NCBI GenBank assembly: GCA_951406725.2
Contig: OX597821.1
Location: forward strand, 21,824,001-21,888,000
Source: Octopus vulgaris
Lineage: Eukaryota
Direction: 5' to 3'
DNA: 64,000 nucleotides
The position numbers were made by a program, and so were the translations under genes. How positions within the stretch are numbered: the first letter of the stretch is position 1; every line of letters starts with the position of its first letter. Below the pieces are notes generated by a model. It saw only the letters and a program-made list of their open reading frames with translations, was not told the DNA's origin and did not search any database. This document shows positions 30,358 to 42,003 of the stretch, piece by piece.

Positions 30358-30759
30358 AAACAGGCAAACAGGAGAAACAGAACTCACAACTTGAGTATAT
30401 ATATATATATTAATTAATATTTGGCAGGAGTAACAGTGTGACTCAAGGCGCGAGAGTTTCGTGCATCAAAACTTCCTAACGTACAAAGCCCTCAGCTCTC
30501 GAATAACTGTTACTTCAACCAAATATTAATAAAAAAAAATATGAAATATATATATGGTAGTACCTGTGGTGCTGGTGGTACTGGTGGTGTTGTTGGTGGT
30601 GGTGGTGCGTGAGTGTGTTTGTAAGTCGTGTGGTTGAGAAAGTTACTTCGCAGTCCCATGCTTCCAATTTAGTTCGAGCCATGTAGCACCTCGGTCGACA
30701 AGTGTCATCTGCAGCCGTGTCGTTTGGATGAACACCTCGGAAGCAGAATATGCTTTCAA

Positions 30760-30990
30760 TCCTTTAAACCCACGAGTGCGCTTTAACGGGGGCGATTTCG
30801 TTTGATCATACCCTCGGAAGACGCTGAAGCAAGCGCTCAAAGGCTTTTGTGTTTATGATTGAAAATAACGAAATTTCAGCCAAATAGCGAGCCATAAGCA
30901 CGATCCTGTGACCGCCCGCTATTGCGCCTTCCACGGTAGTCGTCAAATGAAATCGCGCTTGCTAAAGCATACCTTTGGGATCCAAAAGAT
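30760..30990. mobile_element. MITE-like element with imperfect ~45-bp terminal inverted repeats
   Basis: ccca..agtgcgctttaacgggggcgatttcgtttga versus tcaaatgaaatcgcgcttgctaaagcatacc.ttggg. Confidence 0.5.
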
Positions 30991-31847
30991 AATATATGTT
31001 TCTCCTTTGTACAGTTTTCTGAAAATTATTAACTTGTTAATCGTTTATACGAGATCTCTTGAAAAACATATTCTTAAATCTAATTATTAAAAAAGTTATT
31101 GTTCTGCTATGTTCCTAAAAAAATTCTTACTCTCCACTTGAAACAGTACTGTTTTCTTGTATATGCTCTCTTTAAATCAATCCATGCTTTCCTTATAGAT
31201 AAAACCTCTTTGTTCTGCTATATATGCTTTCTTAAAACCTTCAATCACTCTCCTTTTAAAAACATACCGCTCGCCAATTCCTATATTTCCATTCTGTTTC
31301 AAATAGTATTGCTCTCTAATGTATGACCTGTTAAAAATATCCATGCTTTCCTTATCAAAAAAAAATCTGTTCTACTGCATATTCTCTCATAAAAATCTAT
31401 TCATCCAACTTTTAAAACCGTAATGCCCAACTGTCGCTAAAAGATGTTCTACCCACCGTTTGCAATATTATTGCTCAGTTATATAAGGGCCATTCTCACG
31501 GAAATTAAAAGAAAATAGGTTTTCAAAAATTGTTAGAATGCCCAGAAAAATCACAATGTGTTTGTAAAGGTATTCCGATAAGGTTCGTTTCCAAGCAGAT
31601 TTCTATACTAAGAACAGTTTCTTCCAATCCTGCACAGTGTTGTCTAAGATAAAACTAAGATAAAATTTTATTACTTGCTTCCGATTCATTTGTGCGCCGC
31701 ACGGCACACCAGCTAAATGAAAATTGTGACCACAGACGTTGTTGTCCCACACACATGAGCAGTTTTTGAAATTTCATGGTCAACGTAAATAAACACTGTG
31801 TGTTTTTTTATGCTGCCCTATAGTAAATACTTTCAGGTGAACGAAGA

Positions 31848-32230
31848 CGGCGGCAATTGGCAGAATCGTTAGCAAGCCGGGCAAAATGCTTAGCAGCGTT
31901 AGTTGGCTTTGCTTTTCAACCTGTGAGGGTCGATGAAATAAGAACCACTTGAGCATTGGGGGGGGGACAATGAAATCTGCTTACCCAACCCTGAAGTTGC
32001 TGACCATGTGCCAATATTTGAAATCAATATTCTCAGATGAACAGAAGCGGTGAAGTGGAAGAATCGTTAACACGCTGAGCGAAATGCTTAGCGGCATTTC
32101 GTCCGTCTTTATGTTCTGGGTTCAAATTCCGCAAAGATCGACTTTCCCTTCCGTGGTCGATAAAATACGTACCAGCTGAGCACTGGGGTGTATGTAATCT
32201 ACTATTTCAAATTACTGGCTAAAATTTGAA
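31848..32230 (+). mobile_element. Two degenerate SINE family C copies
   Basis: ggcagaatcgttagca.gccgggcaaaatgcttagc and its repeat at about 32050. Confidence 0.7.
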
Positions 32231-32833
32231 AGTTTTTTTTCAAACAATTTAGCAAACATCTCAAATGCAAAAATCTTTTTAATATTTATCTGGGAAGTCA
32301 AACTTTAGTACAGAAAATCAATCAGTACAAATCTTGTAAATATTCAAGATTTACAGCTTAAGATATTTCCTAATCCGTGCTTCAGATGCCATATACGTCA
32401 CGCGAGAATGGCCCATATGCCCTCTTTAAAACAATTCATGTTTTCCTTTTAATATAAAATTGCTTTCGCGTGTGCATATGTGTGTGTGCATGTGTGTGTG
32501 CATGTGTGTGTGTGTGTGTATGCGCGCATGCATGTGTGTATACTCTTTTGAAAAAAATAATATCTTAACTTACCATTTAAAGTGATTTTACTCTCCTCGA
32601 CATGCTCTCATGAAAGACAGACCCTCCATTTCTTGGGGCGGACTGTCTAGAGGATATGGCCGAATGTTGTTCAATGCTAACGGTAAAGTAAGAGGTTTCT
32701 GTTTCAAGCCTTTCTTTTCCCACCCTCTACACATACTCATACCAAACACTTTACCTTTATTTGTTTTTCTACTTTGTTTGTCTACCTATTTATTTATGAG
32801 CACCACAATTAGTTTGAAATTTTTATATTTACA

Positions 32834-32890
<57 letters not shown>

Positions 32891-32971
32891 TGGTTTTGCT
32901 TAGTTTTAGCGATACTGTTAACCAGATATTAGAACTCAATACATCTTTGCTTTACACTTAACTACATATAC

Positions 32972-33023
<52 letters not shown>

Positions 33024-33447
33024 CAATAATAAATCTCTGAACGAGGTATAAACAGTAACTGCACGACAATGTGAAGTATATTTGCCATCTAAATGTGGCT
33101 AACCACTATGGATGGATGTTACTAAGATTTCCTCCTGGGGCTACAAGCTACAATACCATCCACCCTTAGTGGTTAGCCACATTTAGATGGCAAATATAGT
33201 TCACACACATACACATAATAATTTCTAAAAGGGATATAGACAGTAATCGATAACATAAGGGACTAAAGTGAATATGCATTAGCCCCAGGCGAACATCGAC
33301 GTCACCAGAAAGGCTCGACCGAGCCTTCTGGTGACGTCGATATAAATGCAATAGTAACACCCCCACCACCCGCCCTGTCCCTAGCCATATTATATATATA
33401 TATATATATATATCTGTAAATATAATGTGACAATTATTCGTAGCCAT

Positions 33448-33508
33448 GATAAAACTCCGAGTTTCGGATGTCGGGGCAGAAACCCACGCCGCCATCTCTT
33501 CAGTTATC
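33448..33508 (-). ncRNA. Minimal type-I hammerhead ribozyme (Penelope-type)
   Basis: The - strand reads gataa-CTGAAGA-gatg...catc-c-GAAA-ctcggag-TT-ttatc. Stem I gataa/ttatc, stem II gatg/catc, near-palindromic stem III, GUU cleavage triplet. Confidence 0.7.
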
Positions 33509-33650
33509 CAACTATCGAAAAAATGCTATGAAAATGACCCTTTATAATATCGAGGTCTCTTTCATTCTTTTGTTGTCTTACCATTTCTATCAATATACAG
33601 GTAGTGCCTATCCAATATGCTGCTCGTAGTGTACCCAGCATTTGGGTATG

Positions 33651-33705
<55 letters not shown>

Positions 33706-33707
<2 letters not shown>

Positions 33708-33837
33708 TTATTTTATAGAAGGAGCTTCTACAGGACTAGAACTGTTTCATTCAAAAGAAATCATCAGGAAGCATCCTGATGATTTCTTTTGAATGAAACA
33801 GTTCTAGTCCTGTAGAAGCTCCTTCTATAAAATAAAT
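33706..33837. repeat. Perfect palindrome with 64-bp arms and 4-nt loop, each arm carrying a hammerhead motif
   Basis: 33706-33769 is the exact reverse complement of 33774-33837. Confidence 0.95.
33724..33772 (-). ncRNA. Type-I hammerhead ribozyme (mirror copy on + strand at 33771-33819)
   Basis: gcttc-CTGATGA-tttc tttt gaat-GAAA-cag ttctagtc ctg-TA-gaagc. Stem I gcttc/gaagc, stem III acag/ctgt, GUA site. Confidence 0.7.
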
Positions 33838-33902
33838 TAGTTTACTCTGCTATGTATTGAGTACCTTATTTACTGTGGTTAACCCCGACTCAACCCGGGA
33901 CC

Positions 33903-33947
<45 letters not shown>

Positions 33948-34193
33948 GGTGTTCTGTTCACGACAGTCGTAAACTGGCCATCCTAGGTCATACCTCCGAG
34001 TAGATTGTCAACTTTTAATGTAATAAATGTCTTTATCCATCTAAGTTATTGAGTTCTATATCAGGTAATGTTTCCATTGCGTAAATGAAATAAATTTTTG
34101 ATGTATTTTACAACTGTTACAGTAGAAAATAATGTACATACAGATATGTAGAAATATCAACAAGCATACATTCATACAGACATACATACATTC

Positions 34194-34269
<76 letters not shown>

Positions 34270-34460
34270 ATATACATATACGCATGCTCACACATCTACA
34301 CACACACATATATATATATGTATATATAATGGATCTATGTATATGAGTATAGGTAATTCAGACTTTTACCACTTCTATTCAAAAACGTCTTCGATTCACA
34401 ACTTTTAAGAGCAAAATACATTTTTAATATACCTTCATTCTCTCACCATTTGTGCATAAA

Positions 34461-34520
<60 letters not shown>

Positions 34521-34906
34521 TGTGTGTCTGTATGTGTCTGTGTGTCACTCCACTTCTTCAATGTTTTTGCTCTGCTCGTCTATGAATATTTAATATACTA
34601 TCGTAACTATAATTTTTCTCACACACCGGAAGTGTAGATTTTGTCCGTTATGTTTACATTAAGTTTGTGTGTATGCATGTGAGTGGCATTAAGTGAGTGT
34701 ATAAGTGTACACACGTATGTATATGTATATATCTATATAAATGTGTGTGTGTGTACGTGTATGTATATATGCATATATATATATATGTATTATCTAAATT
34801 TTTATATGTATATGTATATATATGAAAGTACAAGTATATGTGTGTATGCAGATGTGTATATCGACACATACCTGTGCATATACATCCATATATGTATGCA
34901 CATATT

Positions 34907-34952
<46 letters not shown>

Positions 34953-35132
34953 CACCTAAAATAGATCCATATACATGCGCACGCCTATATGTGTATGTGA
35001 GTGCGTGTGTGTGTGTGTGTGTGTATTCATATATATATTTACATATACAGAAAATTGCATACATGTGCATATATCTAGATATGTTTAGGATACATGCTCA
35101 TATATACTCACTCACACACACACACACACACA

Positions 35133-35179
<47 letters not shown>

Positions 35180-36077
35180 GCACATACTTTCATTACCAAG
35201 ATCAGTATAACATTCCTTTTACATTCCTCAATCCATCCGTTCATCTTTGAAGAATATGAAGAAAATTCTGAAAAATTGTTTTTTCTTTCAATATTATTGA
35301 TAATTTTTATACTTTTGGCGAAAATTCTTTGTTTTTTTTTTCTTTCAGAAAGGTATGTCCTTTTTCTTTTTGTTATTATTAACTTGTTTTTTTTTTCATC
35401 CCGTGTTTGTTGTAATGTTCAGTTAAGTAAATTATTTCGCTCAATAACAACTTCAGACTTTGGTTAGAGGAAAAACTTAAGTCCTTGTTATAAACGCAAG
35501 CATAGTCAAATGGTTAAGAAGTTTGGAGCGATAATCAGGTTATTCCGGGTTCGAACATACTGTGGGGGTTACATGCGAAAGCGTCTTCTACGAGAAACAT
35601 AGTTTGTAAAAATAAAGATTTGATAGACGAAATCTGAAGTTCTCTGAGAACTTTCTATTCGGGTCTTATTTCAAAACCAGACTTGGTCTGAGTTGGTTAA
35701 ATCCCAACTGCAAACCACTTTCATACAAAGTCACCTACTGGCCCTCTCTGCAACGTCGGTGTTGGAATTTATAATCCTCCTTTTTTGCTATGCCAGTACA
35801 CACAGAGACACACAGACACACTCGTACATATATATATACTACGCACAGAGAGATAGATAGATATATAGTTAATGTGTGTGCGAGAGAGAGAGAGAGAGAG
35901 ACTCTTTTTTAATCGCTTAAAATTGCTTAACACCCAGTAAAAGTCTTTTTACGTCCTCGTAACTTAGCAAAAGGAAGAGTTTCTTTGTTTTAAGTTGAGC
36001 TGGTCGACAGAAAACCATCCATGTGTGCCCTAGAATGGCTGTTGTCCAGGCGGTCCCATAGAGGACGAAGCTATTGT

Positions 36078-36555
36078 TGTTTTTAGCCCCAGGAGGGCAT
36101 CTCCTCAAGCCTGCTAACGATACACTGTCTGCGTCCGATTAGTATTTGCGAGGGGAAATCATCGTTCCCATCTCTAGCCTTACGTGATGCACACAGTCCC
36201 AGGTTTCTGGGTATTAACCCGTCATCAGTATATGATGAATACGAGCTAGTGATGGAAATTCATTCCACACGCAAAATACTATATGTTTTCCCTTTGACAA
36301 ATTGTTGCTGATCTCGACAAAGAAGAAATAAGCAATATTAAATCGCTGAGCGAGAAGTAGACAGTAGCAGTACGGAATCGCAAATTATAATTACCAGCTA
36401 AATGTGGTCCCAAAGAAGACGATGCTACTTTTTTTTTAGCCCCAGGAGGACATCTCCTCCAGCTGGCTAACGACTAACTCTCTGTGTCCGATTAGTATTT
36501 ACGAGGGAAATGATCGTTCCCATCTTTAGCCTTACGTGATACACACAGACCCGGC

Positions 36556-36556
<1 letters not shown>
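36078..36556 (-). mobile_element. Two copies of a retroelement-like 3' end (36078-36260 and 36428-36556)
   Basis: ttttagccccaggagg.catctcctc...gctaacga...tccgattagtattt.cgaggg.aat.atcgttcccatct.tagccttacgtgat occurs twice, each with an A-rich tail on the - strand. Confidence 0.6.
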
Positions 36557-36616
<60 letters not shown>

Positions 36617-36644
36617 ACACACATACACGCACACACACACACAT

Positions 36645-36707
<63 letters not shown>

Positions 36708-37035
36708 CGGCTCGGCTCGGCAAAAGAGTAAGTACCAAGCTTACAAAAAAAAGAAAAAGAAAGTACTGGTGGCAATTTGTTCGACTAAAATCCTTCAAGA
36801 CGCTGCCCCAGCATGGCCGCAGTCTAATGACTAAAACAAGTAAAACATAAAAGACAAACAAGTCTACATACATATTTTCACTTTAAATATGGAGGTACTA
36901 GTGGGGCCTGTGGAGGTTCCACAGAATGAAAAAGATTAGGAGAAGCTATTTAAGAAAGAAAGGGGGATTCGTATTTGTATTTTTATTTTCAATAAAAAAA
37001 ATACTTTTCACTATCAACACACTACTATCACCACC

Positions 37036-37070
<35 letters not shown>

Positions 37071-37616
37071 CATCATTATCATCATCACTATAGTTTTCAG
37101 TAACAAAGCTCATTCCATTTCATTTCAGTCCAGCTGTTTGTTTATAACTACGTCTTCTTGCTGTCGATGTGTATCTATTCTGACAATACAAAAGTTAGCT
37201 GCTTATCTCTCCCCCTCTGTCCCTCTCTCTCCCCTCCTCTCTCTCTCTCTCTCTCTCTCCCCGTGTAACTGCCTCCCCTGTCCACCTCTCTCTATCTGCC
37301 TATTTTTTTAACCTCACCACTAGAACTTCATTTTCTGCTAAATATTGTTTCCTAAAGATATCTGTTTCTCTTAACCTTTTTCTTCCTACCCTACCACACA
37401 TCGTTAACACTTCTCTCTCCCTTTTTTCTCTCACCGCTTTTTCTCTCGCTTTTCGCCTCTCTCCTCAACTAACCACGTGATGCATTTGGCCTTCTTCTCT
37501 TCTTCCCTACCCGCACTCCCCCATCTCTCGCAATTTTTACTCTACTTCTCACTCCACCTCCACCTTTCTAACTAAGTAAAGTATAACAGGAAAACGAACA
37601 AGTAGATTATTGTATA

Positions 37617-38851
37617 CAGGTGTTGAACAACATAATGGAAACACCTTAAAGTTACAAAGACATTTATTTTAATATGGGGTAAGACCGCATTTGGCAGGTA
37701 ATTACAGCTGGAATTCTACGAGGTATAGACTCGTACAAAGTTTAAATTGTTTCCTAAGGAATTTTTGTCCATTCTTTAGCTAAAACAGTCTTCAGTTCTT
37801 GTAGTGATGATGGTGGAGGATATCGACTCCCTACTTGTTTTTTTTTTTTTCGAAAATGCACCGTAAATGTTCAATAGTTTTTGAGATCTGAAGACTGTGG
37901 TGGCCAGATAAGATGTTCAACTTCACTAGAATGTTCCTCGTGCCATTCAGTAACACATTTAGCTGTGTGAATTGGCGCATTATCATCCTGAAAGATTGCG
38001 TTTCCCTCCAGAAAGACAGGATGAATTTAATCAGATAAAATGTTTAAATAGTCTTGACTATTAATTCTTCCATGAAGGGAAACCATTGGGCCGGCGGATT
38101 TCCAAGATCATCACAGATCTTCCTCCATATTTAACAGTTAGAAGAAGGCAGTCAGAGGCAAATGCTTCTTTTGGCTGTTTCCACACGTATACTCGACCGG
38201 TGGTCGGAAATACAGTAAAGGATAACTCGTCCGAGAAAGTAACTTTCTTCCACTGCTCTAGGGACCAATTCTGTAGGTTTTTACTCCACTCTAAACGCTT
38301 CGCAACGTTTAATGTAGTGGTTTTCTGATAGCAGCCCTCCCGTGAAATCCGGCTTTGTGCAGCTGCCGGCGAACTGTTTTTTTGTGGAAACTGGGTTCTC
38401 GAGGTGATCTTTAAGCTCTACAGTAATTTGGGGAGCTGTACTTTTGTGATCCTTTCTAACAATTCGCGCAAGTTTTGGTTTTTCATCCGGAGTTTTGTTT
38501 CGACGAGGAGGTTTTTTCCTCTTTCCCAAAGGCTGTCATTCCTTTCGAGACAGTAATTCTTGATATGCCAAACATTTCGGCTATTTTCGTTACGCTAGCG
38601 CTTGCCAAATGAGCACCAACAATCTGACCTCTTTGAAAGTCCGATAAAGCAGTCATCTTAATGAATTTTAATTACCTTTTTGTGATGACATCTGAAAAGA
38701 AACAGCAGTTTTAACAAAACATATTGAGCAACACTAATACTAAATTTTAAAAAAAAACATAAAAATAAACAAGCTTTTGACGGTTTTATAGTTATTTCAA
38801 AATTATGATGCTATGATGTTAGGTGTTTTCATTATTTTGTTCCAACTCCTG
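37617..38851 (-). mobile_element. Tc1 (DD34E) transposon, near full length, transposase disrupted
   Basis: TA|caggtgttgaacaacataatggaaacacct ... aggtgttttcattattttgttccaactcctg|TA. The - strand encodes MTALSDFQRGQIVGA, STAPQITVEL, VTFSDE, IFQDDNAPIHTA and WPPQSSDL. Confidence 0.9.
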
Positions 38852-39047
38852 TAGATGTTAGCGAAAGGATATTAACAATGAATATTTAATTACATATCAG
38901 CTTTGGTTTATTTCCCACGTAACACGTCGTTTACGGAATATATATTTATGTAGTATCTAATCACTGAAAACCCACATAAATTTCCCGCAAATATTGACCT
39001 AAGCTCATTCGCTGCTATATCTATCTGCGTCTCTCTCTTCCTCCCCC

Positions 39048-39126
<79 letters not shown>

Positions 39127-39128
<2 letters not shown>

Positions 39129-39452
39129 CGGAGATGTACTTGCATAGCGAGTGACTTGATCTGAAATCGTGTGCTGGAACGAAGACAATTGCAGCGTGGA
39201 AGGTGTTTATAAGCCATTTAAGAAACACACAAAACCGTTAGATTCACTTCAACATTTAAATTTAATTTGTCAAAATATTTTCGTCGCTTTGAGACTGCAA
39301 CCTGTTCACTGACAAAATTTCGTGCTGTGAACAGGTCGCGGTCTCAAAGCGACGAAAATATTTTGACAAATTTAATTTAAATGTTGAAGTGAATCTAACG
39401 GTTTCTGTGTGTTTCTTAAATTGCTTATAAACACCTTCCACGCTGCAATTGT
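39127..39452. mobile_element. Fold-back element with ~125-bp inverted arms (Penelope-like terminal repeat). Related copy at 56856-57120
   Basis: 39185-39309 is nearly the reverse complement of 39327-39452. Confidence 0.8.
39267..39315 (-). ncRNA. Hammerhead-like ribozyme with compensatory G3:C8 core
   Basis: ttgtca-GTGAACA-g-gttgc agtctcaaa gcgac-GAAA-atat-TT-tgacaa. Stem I ttgtca/tgacaa, stem II 5 bp, palindromic stem III AATATT. Confidence 0.6.
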
Positions 39453-39458
39453 TTATAT

Positions 39459-39614
39459 AGTTCAAATTCCGCCGAGATCGACTTTGTCTTTCATCATTTC
39501 GGGGTCGATAAATAAAGTACCAGTTTCGCACTGGTGTCGATGTAATCGACTTAATCCCTTTGTCTGTCCTTGTATGTCCCCTCTGTGTTTAGTCCCGTGT
39601 GGGCAGTAAAGAAA
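39459..39614 (+). mobile_element. 5'-truncated SINE family C
   Basis: agttcaaattccgccgagatcgactttg...gggcagtaaagaaat. Confidence 0.8.
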
Positions 39615-39830
39615 TATATATATATATAAAAAAACACACAAACACGCACACACTCACACTCATATATACACACATACACACACTTTCTCTCTTTCCCTCT
39701 CTCCCTCCTCCTCTCTCTCTCACACCTCACACATACACACACTTTCACTCTCTCTTTTGCCCTCTCCCTCACTCTGTTTCTCTTTCTCTCTCTTCTCTCA
39801 CCCTCTCTGTCCCCCTCTCCTCTCTCTCTC

Positions 39831-39964
39831 GGGGATGCTGAGAATTTTATTCCTGCGAATCCTTTGGTTACACCCATTCATATTAAGCCTGAATGATATT
39901 TTTTGTTTTGCTTATGCTATTTTGCGTTCAATTCCTAATAAATTAGGGGGAGTGGTTAGTTTAG
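39831..39964 (+). pseudogene. cytb: NUMT: mitochondrial cytochrome b fragment
   Basis: [44 protein letters not shown] with TGA read as Trp in the PEWY motif. One 1-bp frameshift in a T run. Confidence 0.95.
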
Positions 39965-40197
39965 GTCTCTCCCGCGCCTGCGCACGCACACACATACACA
40001 TCATTGATCAGACCTGAAAATAACGAGATTTCATAAAATCTTTGTCAGGACCATTTCTCGTTACTCTCTAATATTTATTGTGTTTTCAACACAGCCATAC
40101 CTCTAAAGAGATGTCATCCCGGACGAAAGCCGAAATAAGTATGTATCATGCTTAACTAAAACATTAAACATGATACTTATATGGATTTATATAAGTA

Positions 40198-40594
40198 CTA
40201 GCAGTATCGCCCGGCGTTGCTCGGGTTTGTAAGGGAAATAACTATATAAGCATTTTTAGAGAGTTATAGCCAAAAAATAGCAAAAAAATGCATTAAAAAT
40301 GGAAAAAAAATGATGGTAAATTTTTTTTAAGTCGTTGACTCATCGTAGACATTTTTAGAGAGTTACTTCCCTTATATAATAGCGAAAAAAATGCATTAAA
40401 ATGGGAAAAAATGATGGTAAATTTGTTTTAAATCGTAGACTCATCGTAGACACGCGCTAATACCCAGAAGGGCTCGATATGAATCACGACTATAAGATAC
40501 CCGCTTTTGGTTAAACTGCACCGCAAAATGTGGGAGTAGTTAGGAATCTAAATCGTAGGAGACAGACACACAACTTCACTTTTATATATAAAGA
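40198..40594 (-). mobile_element. Non-autonomous Helitron, copy 1
   Basis: The - strand starts TC(tttatatataaaag) and ends with hairpin cccgagcaacgccggg plus CTAG, inserted between A and T. Confidence 0.85.
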
Positions 40595-40606
40595 TATATA
40601 TATATA

Positions 40607-41100
40607 CTAGCAGTATCGCCCGGCGTTGCTCGGGTTTGTAAGGGAAATAACTATATAAGCATTTTTAGAGAGTTACTTCCCTTATAAATTCGGGCTTTCT
40701 TAGCCATTTTTGTTTTGGTGTCTTCAAGCCATGAAGTCGTTGTTCTAAAAGAACGCTGGTTTCCTTCACAACGCATTACGACGTTGATTTCTTTACACTC
40801 CCTTCCCCACAGCTTCACGAGGGAGGGAAGGGGGAGAAGCAAACAGATGCAGCTGTGAGCGTGGACGCCAACTCCGCCGCCATCGACATACGATGCACTT
40901 TATGTATTAAAATGGAATAAAAAATGATGTTAAATTATTTTTAAAATCGTAGACTCATCGTTGACGCGCGCTAATAGTCAGACGGGCTCGATATGAATCA
41001 CGACTATAAGATACCCGAATTTGGTTAAACTGCACCGCAAAATGTGGGAGGAGTTAGGAATCTAAATCGAAGGGGACAGACACTCACACAACTAGAGTTT

Positions 41101-41110
<10 letters not shown>
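40607..41110 (-). mobile_element. Non-autonomous Helitron, copy 2
   Basis: Same 3' hairpin and CTAG. The 5' end merges into (TA)n. Near-exact reverse complement of copy 3. Confidence 0.85.
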
Positions 41111-41145
<35 letters not shown>

Positions 41146-41160
41146 ATGTACATATATATA

Positions 41161-41666
41161 TCTATATATATAAAACTCTAGTTGTGTGAGTGTCTGTCCC
41201 CTTCGATTTAGATTCCTGACTCCTCCCACATTTTGCGGTGCAGTTTAACCAAATTCGGGTATCTTATAGTCGTGATTCATATCGAGCCCGTCTGACTATT
41301 AGCGCGCGTCAACGATGAGTCTACGATTTTAAAAATAATTTAACATCATTTTTTATTCCATTTTAATGCATAAAATGCATCGTATGTCGATGGCGGCGGA
41401 GTTGGCGTCCACGCTCACAGCTGCACCTGTTTGCTTCTCCCCCTTCCCTTCCTCGTGAAGCTGTGGGGAAGGGAGTGTAAAGAAATCAACGTCGTAATGC
41501 GTTGTGAAGGAAACCAGCGTTCTTTTAGAACAACGACTTCATGGCTTGAAGACACCAAAACAAAAATGGCTAAGAAAGCCCGAATTTATAAGGGAAGTAA
41601 CTCTCTAAAAATGCTTATATAGTTATTTCCCTTACAAACCCGAGCAACGCCGGGCGATACTGCTAG
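41161..41666 (+). mobile_element. Non-autonomous Helitron, copy 3
   Basis: A|TCtatatatataaaactctag ... cccgagcaacgccgggcgatactgCTAG|T. Confidence 0.9.
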
Positions 41667-41893
41667 TATATAATATATATATAGTAGCTTATGTGCGTGT
41701 GTTTCTATATACATATGCCTCCATATATGTATCGTATATGCACACATATGTTCATATATACAAACACACATAGATACTATATATGCGTCTATGTGTACAC
41801 ATAAATGAATATGAGTATGATATATATATTTACATATATACATACATGTATATATATATATAATATATTTATGTTTGCATTTATATATATACA

Positions 41894-41952
<59 letters not shown>

Positions 41953-41970
41953 GTATGTGTGTGTGTATAC

Positions 41971-42003
<33 letters not shown>

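Noticed and set aside
31485-31822. hAT-like MITE bounded by tataagggc / gccctata
   Set aside because: Termini are too short and imperfect, and no 8-bp TSD was found.
36080-36130. HDV-like ribozyme at agccccaggagggcatctcctc
   Set aside because: The nested double pseudoknot could not be built. It reads better as a 3' hairpin plus A-tail on the - strand.
40020-40140. Hammerhead-like fragments (CTGACAA...GAAA and GGACGA...GAAA)
   Set aside because: Stems II and III and the cleavage triplet could not be assigned.
40651-41622. Two near-identical 63-aa ORFs on opposite strands
   Set aside because: A by-product of the inverted Helitron copies. TTG starts and no recognisable domain.
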